From: Lingula anatina
Lineage: Eukaryota > Animalia > Brachiopoda
Assembly: GCA_051362555.1 (NCBI GenBank)
Contig: CM120640.1
Span: 11,036,001 to 11,100,000 of the forward strand
DNA length: 64,000 bases
Direction of reading: 5' to 3'
Position 1 is the stretch's first letter, and every line of letters starts with the position of its first letter. Below the pieces are notes generated by a model. The model worked only from the letters and a program-made list of their open reading frames with translations. It was not told the origin of the DNA and did no database searches. Shown here piece by piece: positions 13,241 to 25,486 of this stretch. Both the position numbers and the translations under genes were made by a program.

Positions 13241-16200
13241 TCAAGTACTTGAATCCATGGATGAAACTACAGTCTTCATTCTCTTTTCTAAAAGAAAATA
13301 AAAATAGAACAGAAAATTAAAGTTGAAAATAAATGCAAGACAAGTTTTCACCTTTCACTATATCAGATGGTAATTTTATTAAATAAGTTGGACAATGATT
13401 TTTTAAAAAATAAATGACATAACACTCTCATATATTCTTGTCATAATTACTTCTATCAAATTTAATTTTCAGTTCATAAATATAACCTTTACGTACAAAC
13501 TTGCAACCCCTCAAGCATCACAATTTACAGATATTTTATTTTAAAGGTACATAAAAAAGGAAATTATACCACTTACGTTTCATAATTTTTCTCTCTTCCC
13601 TAACACCATGAATTTTGCTACCAATATAAAACATAACTGGCATAAAAGTGAAGAACACTGTGAGCAGAAGAACTGGCACCACGTCCCGGTGTTTCTTAGT
13701 ACATTTGAATGTTTTACTCCATCGCAGCCGTGTCATATTCATCTGTAAGGAAAGATACTAGTAGTCAAGTGTCTTAAGCATGTTTTATAAATAGGCCCAT
13801 CAGCTTGGTATGTTCTTTAAACAATTAGAAGTACTCTAAACAAAAACACTAAAAATCCTGAATGGAAAATGTTATAAGATCTACCAATTAATCATACTTA
13901 ATAAGAACAGGAATGAAGAGGTAACTCACTGCATCTGCAATATCCATACAGACTTTATGCTTTTGCGTTTCCTCTATCCCACTATAATATTCATTCAGAT
14001 CATTATAGTCTGGCTGACACACTTCACATGCAGATTTATTCACATGACTAAGGATTAAATCCTAGATAATAAAACAGATTTAAATTAAAAAATGGCAATA
14101 CCCTACATGCTGAATGTCAGAAATAATGATACATCAGGGCTCGACATTAGCGCCTGTCCGCCTGTCCGGGACAGGTAAAAATTCAGTTCGGACAGGTGAA
14201 GTTGCAGGGTTGGCTGTCCGACGGACAGGTCATGCTTTATGAGAAATTTGGAGCAAAAATCTTTTAAAAATCATTTTTTGTTGCATACTAACGTCTTTTT
14301 GCCTCTTCCTAGAGGACATTGAAAAAGAGTGACCTACTTTTGGCACAAAACACATGCAGTCGCAAAACGAAGTCTGAGCAAACTTACCGCCAAATTATGA
14401 AAGTGAACACCCTCCAGAACTTCAGCAGACAAAATTTATTCACATATCAGGTTCACTACTGAACATTTATTTAGTTAAAAATTTACGTGGTTTAGTAATA
14501 AAGACACTTCCAATAACAGAAACTACACAAGTACTGTGCTGGAGCCAGATTGGACTGGATGAACTGGCTATATCTAGTTCGTTGTCACGGCAACAAACTG
14601 CCTGTCAATCAAACACGTTGTATGCTATCTGCTCACTATAGAAAGTGAAATCTTTGGGACTGAAGATCTTGTTGAAATGTTGTTTATTTGCCAAAATATT
14701 ACCTGAAATTATGTATGATGTTTTTTTAATGACTCTAGCATCACCTCTGTTATTTACAGTTTAAAATTTAGTGCTGGAATATGATAAATTAACATTGCTC
14801 TCATATACCAGTGTGATATTGATGTAAGGAAGAAATTAGTAATAACAAATATGAGAATTTTAATAAAAAGAAGGGGAACTTTTTTATACTGATTTTATTT
14901 AGTTCATATATGTTTAAAAAATCAAACATGTGATAACCCCTTAAAAAGTTAAATTGTTAACATAAATATAAGTAAAGTATTATAAAATTTCTTTAATTTT
15001 CATTGAAATTTATTCAAATATTATAAATTTTGAATATTTTAATAAAATTAATTTAACAGTACTGTACCCCCTCCCCACTTCCCACTCAGGGTTTTTTTTT
15101 AGCTTTGGTTAAACTTCATGTGAATCTGTTATCAAATTGCAGACTTACAATTAGTAGACCCTGTACCCCAAATCCTAGGAGAAGCCCTGATGTGAATTAT
15201 CAGACTTAAATGCAAGATTAAATCTTCAGGAGTTCACAAGTATGAAAAAACAAATTTTAATCTGAACATAGATTCACTTTAAGGTGCATTTTCGGGGCTC
15301 ATATGATTGAATGTTTTGGTAATATATACATTAATTTAAATGTATGACCACACATATAAATTGACAAAGTTCAAACGTATGAATAGAAAAAAATTATTGG
15401 TTTTGTGGACAGGTTGGATTGAAAATCGGACAGGTCAAATTTATGAGCACCTGTCCGAAGGACAGGTGCTCATAAAAGTTAGTGTCTAGCCCTGTACATA
15501 TGTATCAGGATTTTCCCACTGTTTATATTACATAGCAAAATGATGTGTGTGTGTGTGTATTTCTAATTTCAAAGATCAATAACTTCAACAGATCACATGC
15601 TTCTGAATTGAAATTTTGCACACATTATTTTTGACACATTATTGGTCAACCCTGAAAATTCCAAGCAGTAAAGTAATACTTTGGAATTATCCAAATTATC
15701 CATTTTCCTAAAATATCCAAAATTTCGTTACAATATCTTAAAAAATTTTAAAAGTTATTGTTAATTGAAATAAGTAACATTTTTGAGTCCCCAGATAAAT
15801 TCATAATTTACTAAACTAACTAAACCAATCTATACCATTATCATTACTTTTATTGTTGGCAAAAAAAAAAAAAAAAAAAAAAAAAAATTAAAAATATTTT
15901 GATTGCAGTCATTAAATGTTGTCAGATTTTTACCTCAGTTATGTTCATACATTTCTCTGTCTGCATGAGACGTTTCCGAAACTCTAATGTGCGATTGTCA
16001 TATTGAAAGGTCACAGCAGATGTGGTCTTATTGTATTCAAAATTAGCAAAACATGCTGGAAAAAAGGTTAATCTCAATTTCATTAAGCATATCCAGCTTT
16101 AAATCTTATTGATTTTTGGCATTATCTTAGAATTCTTGTCTATCATTCATATCAGAATTCAGATTTGAAATGAATCAGTAACTAAAATTTTGACAGGAAT

Positions 16201-17396
16201 GATCTATTATTCATGCATTACTTTACAATATACATACATTTATTCTGCAAAACTTTGTTTTATTTAACAGTACACCTAAAAGTAAAAGCCAGGTCAATCC
16301 GTCTTCTTGTTGGCAATCCAACTACTCACAATTGCAATGTGATTTTTCCCACAAGTTTTCAACAAATTGCTTGGCATGTTGTATTATCATAATACGATCA
16401 GCATTCAACAGCAGGTCCTTGCAGGTCATGCCTGTGGTGGTGTCATGGTAATCATCCTGAGAAAATAACTTTTGTATTAGTGTCCAAAATATAGAATGTT
16501 ATAATCAAGTCCAAGGATTTAAATCCAAACGTATACTGATGTTGTACTTTGTACTTACTACTGCATCCAAACAATGCAGTCCACTCAAAGAACCCAAAGT
16601 TGACTGCCATTTAAATAGCAACCTTTGGTTTAGAATGTTCAAAAAGCCTTCTAAGGGGCTCAAAATCTTCAAAGTACTCTGTTCAGAACAGCAACATTCA
16701 GGCATATCTAACAGATGGCTACAAGTTGGTCTAGTTCTTTATCATTAAACAATCAAATTACAAATTGGAGTCTCTCACAAATGTTTTGTTGACAAAAAAT
16801 ATCATTCGATATGGCAGATGAACACCTTTCTTATTTATCTAGTCACTGAATATCTGACAAAGGTTAGGTTACTGTGCTCAACACCTCATATATTTTCTCA
16901 CACAAATAAGCACCTTTTCAATTTCTTCATAGCGGTCCCTAGTTATCTGATAATCTGCTACACATCTCTCACAAAAGCGCATGGGTCTCCCATTTGTTAT
17001 CGCACAGGACGTAAATTTTGAAGCAGCAATCCCAAATAAGTCTAAAAAGGCTTTGCATCTTGGTAGGATTTTATCTTGGACAAGATCTACACTGCCACTA
17101 ACAGTGGCGCTGGACTCAAGCGAAGTTAAATGTGAAGCTAACTGTGATCCAAAATATTTAGAGAAATCAACGTAAACTGAGTGTTCCCCCTGTTCAAGAC
17201 CTGTCCAAGTGTCTTCGTCATTAGAAGAACCCGGGATACCATTTACAGAGATTGAATAGATTGTGTCATTGCCCATATAATTGAACTTGCTCTCAATACA
17301 CAATGCTGGGTAATAACCAACAAAATAAAAAGAACATACGAAGAGAAAAATTGAAAATTCTTGTGCGGAGTTGACAACCCTTGTGAGCTTCGCCAT
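13241..17396 (-). CDS. OSTM1: Osteopetrosis-associated transmembrane protein 1 (ClC-7 beta subunit)
   Basis: Exons ~16914-17396 (signal-like N-term; FTSCAITNGRPMRFCERC), 16330-16457 (CKDLLLNADRI..LWEKSHCN), ~15934-16058, 13930-14061 (ACEVCQPDYNDLNEYY..CMDIADA), ~13577-13742 (MNMTRLRWSKTFKC plus TM helix), ~13241-13287 (stop). Confidence 0.92.
14135..15494. mobile_element. Non-autonomous hAT-like element (1.36 kb) with 5-bp TSD in an OSTM1 intron
   Basis: TIR CAGGGCT(C/A)GACA(T/C)TA; TACAT duplicated at 14130-14134 and 15495-15499; multiple subterminal GGACAGG/CCTGTCC motifs at both ends. Confidence 0.85.
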
Positions 17397-17605
17397 TTTA
17401 CCCCAAGTTGACCTACATATTGTAAAAGTTCGCAGAAAATCACACCGCTGAAAATTTAATGAGAAAATATCACTGATCTCTCACCTCACAATACAATTAA
17501 AGCAATATTTGATATAATATTTTATCAGATCCATTAAACTGAAGCGGTGTCTGACTTCTGCACGATTACTGCACAATGGGCTTATTTTGTGCTGTTCTTT
17601 ACAAA
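17397..17605. promoter_or_regulatory. Bidirectional promoter region OSTM1/MRPS31
   Basis: Only 209 bp separate the divergent ATGs; both ATGs lie within AAAATGGCG (YY1-like) motifs. Confidence 0.65.
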
Positions 17606-20600
17606 ATGGCGTCCTCCTTGGGCACCTTCCGCACGCTTGAAAAATTAGCTAATATTATTCCTGTATATCGAAGGTGAGACTTACAGAATTACGAAAGTGT
17701 GTCAATAAATCCTGAGCCCACCTACAATAGGGACAAAATGAGAATGTTAGGTAATGACTGTAGCTATGTTACAGTGCTCCGATGTTGCTATCTTAGAGGG
17801 CAGTTTCAGAACAAGTTGATACGCGGTCTACATTTGGTCGAACCCACTTAAAAAAGCCGCCTAATCCACTGATTCTCTCCCCGCCTCCTCACACCCATTA
17901 AAAGATTAAAACTTGGCTACAGGGTTCAATTGCTAGACCTCAGAAGGGGCGGCTCGTATGGAGGTGGGGATACAAGCAGCGGATTATACCAATCGGCAAT
18001 CCTCGGCTCATTCCGCAAGCTCCATACTAACCTCGGATGTGATAGGCGGAGAAATATGCACCAAATCCATGCATTTTGTCCGCCGGAAATGCCTTCTCAC
18101 TCAATCGATCATTACGCTCATAAAGATGGCTGTCAATACCCCTGATTTTTATGATGCTTTACAGTTTGCCAAACAATGCACTAAGATTGACTTTGAATTA
18201 AAAGATAAATAGATACAGGCGTTGAAAGAATCAGGCTTAAATTAGCGCGAGGTTGAAAGTAGTTCCTTCCCAACAATCAACAATCAAATATGGCTGCCTC
18301 CGTATTACGTCCGAGGTTATTGTCGAGTGCGGAGACATCCGAGTAGTTCCGAGTGGGATTATACGGCATTGCTTTTAAGTGAGTCGGCCATATTTGATCC
18401 ACAGATCTGCTAGTCCACAGATCAACAAAGTTTGAATGCACTCGGCTGATCAAATATGACCAACCCACTTAAAAGCAATGCTGCCTAATCACCTTGTGGC
18501 CTCCCCATCTCCATGCACATGCGCATTCCTGCAGGGGGCTCACAATTAAATAGATTAAATCTCAGCCACAAGATATGGGAGGTGAAGAGACCTGCTTTTA
18601 AGTGGGGTTAGAGATATTTAGTCTTCAGATCTGTTAGTACGTGGATCAGCTGTTCTGAATACAACAAAACTCTTCCGCTGGACTACACCCTACTTGTACA
18701 GTTATTTCGGTTTGGCTACTGTTGCAAGCACTATATGCTATTGGGCATTCTCTTTAAGGTGTCAGTAACTTATACCCTATAACATCCTTTTTATTACAGA
18801 TATACCAAATCGTACCTTAATTTTACTTAAAATTTACTGGGAAGCTTTTTTTCTTCTTTTTTTTTTTTCTTGATAAAAAGTTATGTAGATTTTGTTTGAA
18901 AATGATAATAACCTGATTTTTAAATTCAAATTTAGTCATAAACTTATATTTTATAAAAATTATTGCACATTTTGTCATATTTTGCAATATTATCATCCAG
19001 TGTTATTTCTAACACAAGTGGTCCCACTTATTGTTTTCTTTAACCCCAAGCATTTATCATATATGTTGTAATTGAATCAAAGTAATCCTTTTTTGTTTTA
19101 GATTACTGGAATTAGCATTTTCTTGCAATTCACTTATTTAAGCATAAGCGTCTTTAACTAATTATGTAGAATGTGTCTGTATATAATAAAGTGACAAAAC
19201 TTCACACCCAATGGCTTGATGAGCAGGAATGGACATAATTATATATTCTGATTGGTCTGTCTGTCCTTGTTGTTGCCGTCGCTGTAGCTGTAAAACATAT
19301 GACTTTCATCCCATAGCTGTCAAACCTTATTTTTGTTTTACTTTAAATTTACTAAGTGGCTTTGTTTGGTAAAGAGGCAGGTTGCTTTTGAAATGGGCTC
19401 GATCTGTTTGCATTTACGGTAATTATTCTGTTTTTTTTTTTCACAATTTTGGTGAGGATCACCCCATAACTTCCAAACTGTACATCTGTATTTTTTACTT
19501 TAAATTTACTGAATTGCTTTGTTTGGTAAAGAGGCTTACGAAAATCAGCATGATCTGTTTACATTTCGTGGAAATTTCTGTTTTTTTTTTTTTTGTTTTT
19601 TTTTTGGGGGGGGTTAATTTTCATTCTTCACACAGCATTTTCAGTGGCTTTTATATCCCATGGAACTGAATCACTTGCTAGTTTTTCAATGTCCATGTTA
19701 CCTGTAGTACATAATGTAAGAGGGTAAGAGTGATTATACCATTTTAAAGCATTATGTAACAGTGCATCAAATTTGACCAAAACTTTTTGTGCACTTTTTT
19801 CTGCATAATGTCCAAACATTTGACAGCTTTGCTGCCTTGTTTCGTGTACATGTGTCTGTATATTTGCCAGCTTTGCTGTTTAGTTTTATTGTTTGAATAA
19901 GAAAGTTCTCCTTCTCCGAAACTTTTGTTACAAGGATACTCCTGGCTTTGTTATAGGATGTATTTTGTGTTCAGTTGAAAATAGCTTTCAATTATGGAAC
20001 ATTTTACTTTAGATAAGCAACTGTTGTTCTTGAGGTGGAAATTGCTGAATTTTTTTCCTGTTCAGTGTCTGTCTATTTGTCAGCTTCAGTGTTTAGATAG
20101 AAAATGAAATTAATATTTATGCTCAAAAAGGCATATTAACTTGTAGGTAAATTGAGGGGATAAATTGAAATGGCAGATATAAGTACTGGGTATATAAAGT
20201 TGAAAACTGTTAGGGATATGAGGTATATAATTGCCAGTTTTATTTTGATTAATTTTTTGTGCCAAAATGTCATACATGATCCATTAAATAGCATAAAACA
20301 ATCTTGCTGGCAGATGAAAATAAGATTATTCAATTTAGTTTTTGTAGAGGCATTCAAGTCAAGATCAGATGCCATTGTAATAGGTATCTGTCTTCATCCT
20401 CTGACTCCACAGATGGAAAAAAACCACCAAAAGATGACAGTAGGGAGAGGCCTGGACAAATCCATAAGACCAAAAAACCGAGGTATGTCAATGGTTCAGT
20501 TTGGGAATTTTTTTACTCAATGCAATGCATAAATTTCATTCTCTGTTACTGTATATTTTATGTATTGTATGTTGTATAATTTTATTTATGTTATTTTATG

Positions 20601-23600
20601 CTACATTATGTGACATAACATTACATGATTGACCAAAGACAGTAGTTAAACCATTTTCTTGGTAATAGCATTTCTGATTATTTTCCAGATTTGGTACTCA
20701 AGTTCCATCAGATCAAAGAAAATCACAAGCACAAAAAAGGTATGCCGTTGATAATTGTAAGCATAGGCTAAAGACTAAATAAAAAAAGGCACATCTATAG
20801 GTTGGTGCCATCCCCCCCCCCCCTCAGCTTCCATTATAATAATATTTTACATCATGTCATGTATATTCCTGTGAGATAAGGCTGTAATTTCTCTCACTGT
20901 CCTATGCCCCCCCCCCCCATCCCAGGGTCCAAAAGGTACACACTCGCCCCTTTGAATAATATGGTAATGACTCAGTCTTTTCAATGAATTTCTTAGATAC
21001 TGTAATTTTTTAGGTCATACATTGTTTTAATTAGAACATTCCTATTGAGTGCTACTGACTAAATTGGAAAGTAGCCTACCTTATAGTTCAGTAAAAGCAC
21101 TATGATTGCCATATAGAAATATATTTTAAAGATTCTAAAAGTATGTATCTAAAAGGCTGATAATTTTATTTTCTTTATTGAAAACATTGATTCATTCTGC
21201 AGTAGAGTGAACAGCAGGTCCTCTTACCACATCAAATGTAACCTGATAACATTAACTGTGCCTTAGTGAGAATACCCACTGAGATAGATCAATCTTGCTG
21301 GACCGATAACTTTTAATCTGAACACAGCTTTAATGAGACACCATTGATCTATGTAGATCAGGCCAACTCTGTGGGGACTATCACTGAGTGCAATCAGCTT
21401 GACTGAATGCCATGCCTCCTATTGATTCCATGCACCTGTATGATCACCAGCTTTTCTGTACATTCTACTCTGTGCCAGGATTAGGCGTGTCATTCAGTTA
21501 AGCTGGTTGCACTCAACGAGAGTTTCGCAGACTGATGGTGTCAAAGGGAATGTGGTCTTAGTGTAAAGAACTGAAATTTAATGCTGTAGATCAATAAGGG
21601 CTACAATTGTATTGGAATGGATTAATTTACTTTTTTTATTGCAATTCTGTTTGTTATCAAATTTCTGCCTTAATATCCTACAAAATGCCACCCTATAGTT
21701 TTTAATATCATAACTCAAAGAAATAACAAAGGGCTTCATTTCTTATTTCCCAAAAAATTATATTTGATTGGGTGTTTTCTGTCTTCTTTTTGTGCTATAT
21801 ATAACCCTCAGTCAATTTAGCAACTCATTTGAATGACAGTGTGCACAGCAGTAGTGTGCCATACATAATTAGGTCATTTCATTAACTGGAGGGATGAATA
21901 TGTATGTCATTTGATGGTCAAAAATTTGAAAAAGGTGCAGTTTACAAGCACTTTTATGGCTGATAGAGTGATTAATTTGGTTTTTGCCTTGGCATGTTGA
22001 CTTTATTATTTATATATTATGTATAAGAAACAATAAAAGTGGTTTTTATGTGTAGGGAATTCCACCCACTTCAAATGTTACTTTAAATATATCTATAAAT
22101 TAAATTTTTGATTTCAGGTCAACTGATTCTCCTCTTTTGAAGCCTAATGTTGTGAAAGCAGCAAAGGCTGCTGCAAATTCAGTAAACAAAGCAACATCAG
22201 ATGCAGACCTTAAGGAGCTTTTGGCACAGTTAAAGAAGATAGAAAGTAAAAAAACAGATATTAATAAGCAGCAGCCAAGCAGTGGTGTTGTAACAGATGA
22301 TTTGAAAGCAAAGGATCCACCTGCTATTAACTTGGAGTATGAAGTGGTTTTATCTTTCTTTTGTGTCACCCACATTAGATTAAAGAATATAGCCTTTATA
22401 GGGTGTTATTGATAATTTTCTCTTGAGGGTCATTAATTTGAAACATTTCTTACACCTTCTCACCTGTAAGGAATATACTGAAATCAGATTTTCTTTTCAA
22501 CGAGGTATTTTTTCCATTTGTGTACCTAAATATTGAACGAAGTGATTTTAAAGATATCCAAAATTTTTCACACAAATGATGTGACATATTTACTAGTACT
22601 TGTCTATCATACATCCAATATCTTCATGTTTAGTATGATTTAATATTTCCTTTTTGAAAAAGTTAAGAATTTTGGTATGTCTCTTTGGGTGTTTTTAGTG
22701 ACCTAGTTTCGGGTATGGAGAAGTTAAAAAAGACACAAATCCGAGAAAGTCTTCCCCCCAAAATGCCTCTACCTAGAGAGAAAATATCTGGAAGAGAAAG
22801 TCAACCTCCAAGGCAAAGAGAGTATCAACAAAGAGGACCTCCACCAAGTAAGTGAGCTGTTTATCGTTCATCTGTACTTCTTACACATTTTAAGTCACTA
22901 TTTTGCTTTAAACTCACAGTGATTACGTATACTCTCTTTCCTAAAATGCCAGTCAGGTTCAAAAGTGGGCAGAATCTGATTATTATTTTTAGTTTTTCCA
23001 AGTAGTAACTATGAAACCTTTGCAGTTACTTGTAGGCATAAAATGCAGTTCAAGTTGGTATGATCAAATTATTCCTTACTTTATTTTTGATAATTTTAGT
23101 CTTTTTGGTATTTTTAAGTACAGACTAGTGCCATTCACTTTATTTGATATCAGTGGCAATAGCTGGGTAGTTCAATGTCATCATTTTGCTTCAAACTTAT
23201 GGTGATTACTTATTGCCTTATAAGGTCAAGTTTGAAAATGGACATGATTTAATTATTCCTTTAAAAGGCTTAATCAGGTCTAGGTTATGTGTGCATATAT
23301 CAGCTTTATCTGGCTTGTTTCTTTATTTTTTAATTATGTATTTGTTTTTTACAGTAACACAAAAACCCTTTGGACCAAGGTAAGTAAAAGAAGATATAAA
23401 TAAAGAGTATTGTTTTATTGTTTATAATTGAGCTATCTTAGACAAGTGCATGAGTGTATCACCACTTATTAGCCTCATTGTCTCTTTTAACCCTATAATA
23501 TGACTACTAATAGACAGTAAAACATTTTAATGTTCATTTTACAGATATAGAGACATAGACTTATAGTGCATTGCATTAAAACTCATTTATTATGACAATA

Positions 23601-24792
23601 CTTTTCCTCCTCCAGAATTCAACCAGTTGATGTTAGCCAAATATTTAACATGGATGAAGAAAAAAGATTGAATATATTTCCCAAGACAATGACAAAGGAA
23701 AGGGGTAAGAAGTGGTAATGATTCATTAAAACTAAAAGAAATTACTAGAATTTCAGTGAATTGACATTTTTGTAAAGGTTGCAATGGCATTGTTTAATGT
23801 TTCTCTATTAAATTGACAGTCATAACTTGAGGTGTGCAATTTCATTCAAAAGTATTACCTTTATGTTGTTTGTTATATCAAATCAAGAGCTGCATATTTC
23901 AGTATAACAGATATGCCGGACAACTATTACATGAGTAATGAAGTCCATGATGTTTGCTCTTTGTTTTTAATTTAAAAAAAAACAATTCGGAATGAACATC
24001 TTGTTGCATTGTTATATTGTATAACAATTTGTGGTATTCACTTATATATTTATTGTTTCTAATTAGATTTAGGCAGACCAAGAAATGCATGGGATGATCT
24101 AATAGAAAAAGAAAGAGATCAGTCTATATATTTGTCCCCAACCAATGGATTTGAAGAGTGGATCCTGTGGACCAAACAAGGCAGACTCTTCAAATTTCCT
24201 ATAGACAACGAGCAAGGTATAAGTTTGGTCTTGTCCAGTTATCAGGTGTGGGATTATTACCCACAAAACACTCAATTTTTTTGTGATAACACTATTTGTA
24301 ACTAGTTGATTTAAAAGCATTATATTGTTTATTCTTGATTAACTATGTGATAAATGTCCTTTTAACTATTGCTTTATGTGAAGTGTAATATATAACAGCA
24401 TATTAAATTGCTAGAAGTTTTTGAAACGTATCTATTTATTATGTATTTATTATAATTATTATGTTTTTATGGGCTTTGCAGATTGGGATTATGAGGCAGA
24501 TGTGCCTTTTTATGAACACGTGTTCTTAGAGAGACACATACAGGACATTGAGCCAGGTCCAGTACGCCAGTTCCTGGAATTGGTTTGTGTTGGTCTTGGC
24601 AAAAACCCTTGGATCAGTGCAGAAGAGAAACGTGAGCACCTTGAATGGTTTAAAAGTTACTTTGTGGAAAAGAGTGCAGTTTTAGAAGAAGTTAAGCAGA
24701 GAGAAATGGAAGTGTCAGATGATGAAAGCGATGGCTCTTCATCAGATTCGGACTCAAGCTCAGAAAGTGACAGTGATGATGACAAGAAATGA
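17606..24792 (+). CDS. MRPS31: Mitochondrial small ribosomal subunit protein mS31
   Basis: Exon 1 17606-17673 (MASSLGTFRTLEKLANIIPVYRR, transit-peptide-like). Middle exons ~20348-20482, ~20689-20739, ~22119-22335, ~22699-22847, ~23354-23379. Conserved C-terminal exons ~24067-24216 (PTNGFEEWILWTKQGRLFKFPIDNEQ) and 24482-24792 (VPFYEHVFLE..GPVRQFLELVCVGLGKNPWIS..EKREHLEWFKSYF). Middle exons are less certain. Confidence 0.9.
17797..18665. mobile_element. Degraded GC-rich interspersed element in MRPS31 intron 1
   Basis: CpG-rich island in AT-rich intron; imperfect terminal inverted similarity (TTCAGAACA..TGAT vs ATCAGCTGTTCTGAA); internal repeated AACCCACTTAAAA; shares a 40-bp motif with the element at 2007-3082. 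Confidence 0.45.
19310..19585. repeat. Two diverged tandem copies (~160 bp) of a repeat remnant
   Basis: TTTTACTTTAAATTTACT.A.T.GCTTTGTTTGGTAAAGAGGC...GATCTGTTT.CATTT occurs at ~19336 and ~19493. Confidence 0.6.
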
Positions 24793-25486
24793 TTCAGTTA
24801 TCCAGAGATCATTAGTACTTTCAGTGAGTACATATGTTAACTGTCAAAGTCACTTTACTCTAATCCTTTCAGTGACATGAAGCATATTTCACGAAAAGGA
24901 GTAAAGATCATGGGACGTTTTTCCCTCTTTTGTGAGAAATTTTCTAGTAGATTTCCCCAAAATTGGTAGACTACAATAAAAGTGAACATCAGAAACCATG
25001 AAATGTTTGCCAAGCAAGATGCATTGTTATTGAAAACTGTGAACCCAAGTTGAGACTACTGATGAAGAATTGTTATAATATCATTAATTTACTCAATTTT
25101 TGAGTTCAGCTTTCCATTTAAGTGAATCTACTGTAACAAACATTTCAAGTAAGGATTCTCCAGGGAGTTCGTGTAGAATAAAAAAAATTTTCTTTAAGAA
25201 TGCACTGTCTTCATTATTTATTGTTATTGTTATTATCATTATAATTTACATTATTATTTCTGCCAAGTTGAATAACAGAACTCTCCTGACATTACTTGTA
25301 CTTTACATCACTACCATACGTGATCAATCTTTGGGCTAAGTCTTTATTTTATGTAAAAATATTTTTGTCTATTTTGGCACCAATGATAGATGAAAGAATA
25401 AAAGACACCTGGATGACATGATACATAAGAATCTAGTTTAAAAGATTTATCATGACATGATGTTGCTCTGTTATTTTAATTCCCTA

